DNA of 62,371 nt, the filler included, from Gonapodya sp. JEL0774 (Eukaryota), in assembly GCA_027604505.1 (NCBI GenBank). It is 3 parts of 3 records of this genome, joined end to end, with 100 filler letters (N's around TTAATTAATTAA, not from the genome) between each part and the next. Parts side by side here need not be neighbours in the genome. Positions count along the whole stretch, not along the records: positions 42,039 to 62,371 come from JADIIX010000249.1; 2 more parts are not named here. The stretch is one strand, 5' to 3'. How positions within the stretch are numbered: the stretch's first letter is position 1; the number at the start of each line of letters is the position of its first letter. Made by a program: the position numbers and the translations under genes. Below the pieces are notes generated by a model. The model made no database searches and was not told where the DNA came from. It was given only the letters and a program-made list of their open reading frames with translations. Positions 58,325 to 62,371 of this stretch are shown piece by piece.

Positions 58325-59245
58325 TGTTGTTGAGTTTTGGGGGCCGCGATGTGTGTGTATTTATTTTTTTACTTGTACCAGAGCGTGCACTACTGTGGTC
58401 ACACACCTACATTCTAGTCCCACACACAAGTAAGAGCACTCACTACATAACTCCACAACCAAGAATGCTAGAGACTTTGTTCAACTACCAAAACGTATCT
58501 ACTCTTTGATGTGGTTCTAATACGCTTATTGGTGTTGCCCTAGCGTCACTCCTTGTGGAGGAATTAAGGTCCAAAGACCCAACTTGACACTGCCCCTGAA
58601 ACCAATACTTCAGTTGCTGGGTTCATACAGCATTTCAAATAATGTCTGACATTCGCATTGCTCCTCTATGTCGCTCAAAGATTTGTTTTGAAACTGGCTT
58701 GGTCATAATGTCTGCCACAATTTTTTGTGTCAGGCAGTACAACAGTGAAAGTGTCCCCTTCTCATGCTCCTCCTTGATAAATGAAATTTGACATCAAAGT
58801 GCTTGGAAAGTTTGTGGTGGACTGGATTTCTTGCCAAGTTCTGAGCACTTTGATTATCTCCATACAATTTAGGAACACCTCTGTTAACTCTCCCATAAAT
58901 TTTCACAGCTCCAGTTGGCCAAATATCATGTTCTGAAAAAAATTGCTTGATCCATAACATTTCCTGTGTTGCATGATCTTGGGCAACATATTCTGCCTGT
59001 GTTGTAGATGTGGCAACCAAGTCTTCTTTCCCACTAAACCAACTAATAGCTCCCCCTCCCAATAAGAAGACATTACCACTTCGTGATTTTCTGTCTTGAA
59101 CATCTCTTGCTGTTGAGATTATATATATGAGAATCCAGCACTCTGCCTCTGTACAGGTTTTGCACTTGGCCCAGTGGTTACATCAACACTTGCATAATCT
59201 GCATCATAGTATCCATGCAGATCCACATATACAGAAAGCTGTTTT
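58325..59245 (-). mobile_element. Ty1/Copia relic B (RNase H, PPT, ~265-bp 3' LTR) nested in the integrase of relic A
   Basis: LHGYYDADYA/RDVQDRKSRSGNVFLLGGGAISW..STTQAEYVA..YGDNQSA..KHFDVKFH..ADIMTK; PPT CAGGGGCAG; LTR TGTCAAG (58589) .. AATAAA .. CAACA (~58325), directly abutting relic A's integrase sequence. Confidence 0.88.
59111..59188. mobile_element. 78-bp solo LTR-like insertion with 5-bp TSD
   Basis: TGTTGA...TCAACA termini, flanked by CTTGC (59106-59110 and 59189-59193); removing it restores DADYA-RDVQDRKS of relic B. Confidence 0.9.
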
Positions 59246-59249
59246 TATC

Positions 59250-62200
59250 ATCACACATAGTAGCAGTGACTGGAGGTGGAACATGGTTACTGGGGTGACC
59301 AAACGTCCTGAGGACCCACCAACATCAGCAAGTAGAGAAACTAAGGCGGAAATAGATGTGAAACAGGAAGAATGGGATGATGCTGAGCAGGGATTGACAG
59401 CAGCCCTCATATCTATCATTGATGACGATCTTTTCCTATCGATCGTGGACTGCAACACGTCAGCAGAGCTGTGGGAGCGCCTGCTAGTGACATACCATGG
59501 AAATCGCAAAGCAGAGGAGTTCATTAAGAGGCGGGCACTTGAGGATGTACAGATGGATGGGACTGTGACGGACAATCTTGCAACATTCAGCAAACTCAAG
59601 AACGAGTACAAAGCAACCGGCAGAACTCTATCACAGTCAGACAAGCAAAGGATTTTTCTGGACGGTGCAAAGCACAGATCTGCATCCATCTACAATCGTT
59701 TCACACTTTCCTCCGAACCCACCCCTGCAACTGTCGCTGACATTGCCAACGCTCTCCGCGACGCTGAGATTCAGGATCGCCTCTCAGGCACAGAAGTGAA
59801 TGCAGTGGAGCATGGGCAAGCAGTTCCAGATGTGTTTCGACGAGTGGCTCAGAAGTTTGACAAGTGCAACTGTTGTCAAGGATACAGACACTTTGGTCAT
59901 GACTGCGCAACACCTGTGGAGTGGGCAAACAATATTCAGGCCAGATATGAAGTTTCTCGTGGTGAAAATTGGGGAAGGTCTGGTGGTGGTGGCTGTGCAG
60001 TACCAGACAACCAAAGAGGTACTGGGAACTGCGGTGGGTATCGTGGAGGTGGAATCAACCAGGGGGAAGGAGCCTGGAGAGGAGCTGGTCACGGAAGCCG
60101 TGGAGGTCGCAACAGAGGTTGTGGCAGTTACTACGCAAGGGTGTACATTGCAGAAGAAGATTATAAAGATGGCAATACAGAGGACCATTCTCAGTACTCA
60201 GATCACAAGTCCAAATTTGTGGATCATGTCATGCCATCTGGTGAGTGGAAGAGAGGCCTTGTCCGCAGATTTACGTCCTTGCAACACTGTGGCACAGCAT
60301 TGCTACAAGGGGCGGCTTTGCGGGGCTCCCTCCCCTCCCCTCCGGCCCCACTGCGCAAAGTCACAGGGGGTCACCCCCCCTTTAGACTTTTGCTTGTGAG
60401 TCTGTCGGGGAGGGGAAAATCAAATCTCTCACTCCCAAACTTTACAGAATTTTCATGCAGCTAAGAGCCCAGTTGGCTCGCTTGCTTATGTTTCTACACT
60501 TGATCCAGATGGTGAGACAATGGCTCTGAATGCACATGCATTTTCTGTGCCATCATCAAGTGATACACCTATTATACCCAAAGAGTCAGCAACAGAGGGA
60601 AGATCTGTTTGTTATCAGCAACTTGATGGTCCTGATAGTGATGATGAACATGACTTTGACCACAATGACAACATTCATTCTCATCCAATTGTACCTGCAC
60701 CAGATCCATGTGGAGGAGGCCTTTCTGGTGTAGATAGTGGAGCATCTCTTAAGTTGGGAGCAAATGATAAAAATCCAGCACAGCCTGTAGATGCTGGTGG
60801 ATCAAGTTCAGCAGCAGTGTCTGGCAACAATAATGTAAAGCCACCAATTAATAATCCCCGACCTGTTAGGGAAGCCAAATCAGAAGCTTTAAAGAAGCTT
60901 GTTACTGTGAAACCAGCTTGGAGGCCTGTCTTACCATCCCAACTGACATCTTCCTCCAGTGGCAAGCCAGCAGTGGGTGTACCAGTTTCTAATGACAAAG
61001 GCAAACAAAAGGCAGAGGCCTCAGCTTCTAAGTAACCTGTGGCCAGGGGAGTACTATCCCAGTTCAGACAAACAAAGAGGTACCAGCTGACTTCTCTCGG
61101 GAAGAATCCCCAGATCCTATAGCCCACTATGATCCTGCAGATGCAAACATTGTGACTCTTGAAACCTCAGACACGATCAGAGTTCCAAAGAATCAAAGGG
61201 AAGCAGAGTCTTCCAAGGAAGCCCAGTATTGGAAAGATGCAGAGATTGAGGAGGTCACTCAACTAAACGACTTTGGAACCTGGGAGCTGGTATCAAAACT
61301 GCCTTCATACAATATATTATCAGGGAAATGGGTTTATGCTATCAAAAAGCCGACTGATCACGTTGCAAAGTTCAAGACACGATAGGTTGCAAGAGGTTTT
61401 GACCAAAAGGAAGGCATTGACTTCTCTCAAACCTTTGCACCAGTCATGATTGGAAAGTCATTGAACATACTGTTAGAAATAGCTGCTCAGAAAGGATACT
61501 ATATCAGGCAGTTTGATATATCTAATGCTTTCTTACATGGAGACCTTTCAGAAGAAGTTCACCTTGAACAACCTCATGGTTTTGAGTAAGGAAAAAATCT
61601 TGTCCGCCGACTGAGAAAGTCCTTGTATGGCTTACAGCAAGCAGCAAACGTGTGGTTCAAATTTCTCAGTGATATTCTCATCAATCAAATGGGCTTCAAG
61701 CAGTTGCAAACTGACCATGTGGTGTTTGTGAAAATGATTGGTGACACAGAACTCAAGATTATTTTAGGTGGACCTTCTGGCCATCTCTCCTCTACAGAAG
61801 CACTTGGATGACTTTAAAGCAGAGCTAGATTCTCATCTTAAAAGCAAAAGTGGAGACCTTGGCGTATGCTTGGTGTGGAAGTTGTTCAAGATCCTGTCAC
61901 ATGCACTATCAACATCAACCACAGGAGAAAAGTGATGGAGCTTTTTGAAGACTCGGGCATGGTAGACTGCCGGCCTGTGAGTACACCAATGAAACCCGGC
62001 ACAAAGTTATCACGGGCAGACTGTCCAAAGACACCAGAAGAGAAAAGGGGTATTGATGTTAAGCGATATCAAAGTCTTGTGGGACTTGTCATGCATATAA
62101 TGACCATGACACATCCAGACATCTATGCTGCTGTCAAGGTACTTTCTGAAGCTTTGGATAATCCCAGTCAGTCTCATTGGGCTGCTCTTATGTGGTTACT

Positions 62201-62371
62201 GCAATATCTTGTAGGGACACCAGATATTGGAATAACATATTTTGGAAAGAATGATCCCCAAGCAAAGCATGTCAATACTGGTTTGCATGGATACTATGAC
62301 TCAAGCTTTGCAGAAGATCATTATGACAGGAAATCTAGAAGTGGCTATGTTTTTCTATTAGCAGGGGGAGC
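59250..62371 (+). mobile_element. Ty1/Copia relic C (gag, PR/INT deleted, RT-RNase H running off the window)
   Basis: UBN2-type gag (EEWDDAEQ..TSAELWERL); knuckle CNCCQGYRHFGHDC; RT GKWVYAIK..FKTR*VARGFDQKEGIDFSQTFAPV, QFDISNAFLHG, LRKSLYGL; RH GYYDS..DRKSRSGYVFLLAG; multiple stops and frameshifts. Confidence 0.93.

Noticed and set aside
59127..59250. His-rich N-terminus of the 445-aa gag ORF
   Set aside because: It is read-through of the solo LTR and the antisense RNase H of relic B, not part of gag.
1..62371. tRNA, rRNA or other structured RNA genes
   Set aside because: None recognised by eye; tRNAscan-SE or Infernal would be needed to exclude them.

Overview
Intron-rich eukaryotic DNA that is almost certainly fungal. 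The gene content (FAM72, plant-type LRR surface proteins, Sel1 relics) fits an early-diverging or zoosporic fungus; this is inference, no search was run. Two 100-nt assembly gaps carry a TTAATTAATTAA linker. The left 28 kb holds an MFS (DHA2-type) transporter, a 2OG-Fe(II) oxygenase, FAM72, a HAD phosphatase divergent from a peroxisomal enoyl-CoA isomerase, calcineurin A, two MDR oxidoreductases and a dead hAT transposon. It also holds four local copies of an uncharacterised F-box-like family; the two intact copies are each joined by a conserved 86-nt GC-AG intron. The most striking feature is at 34.8-41.9 kb: three single-pass receptor-like genes that share one cytoplasmic module (PxxWF[FY]L..C motif plus an SH3 on an identical 128-nt exon) behind different ectodomains. 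Two are head-to-head plant-type LRR genes and one is Pro-rich/Cys-rich. The right 20 kb is a transposon graveyard: a full-length degenerate chromovirus with ~120-bp LTRs inserted into a small gene, a PD-(D/E)XK nuclease-like pseudogene, and three nested or fused Ty1/Copia relics including a 78-bp solo LTR. Exon boundaries were read by eye.
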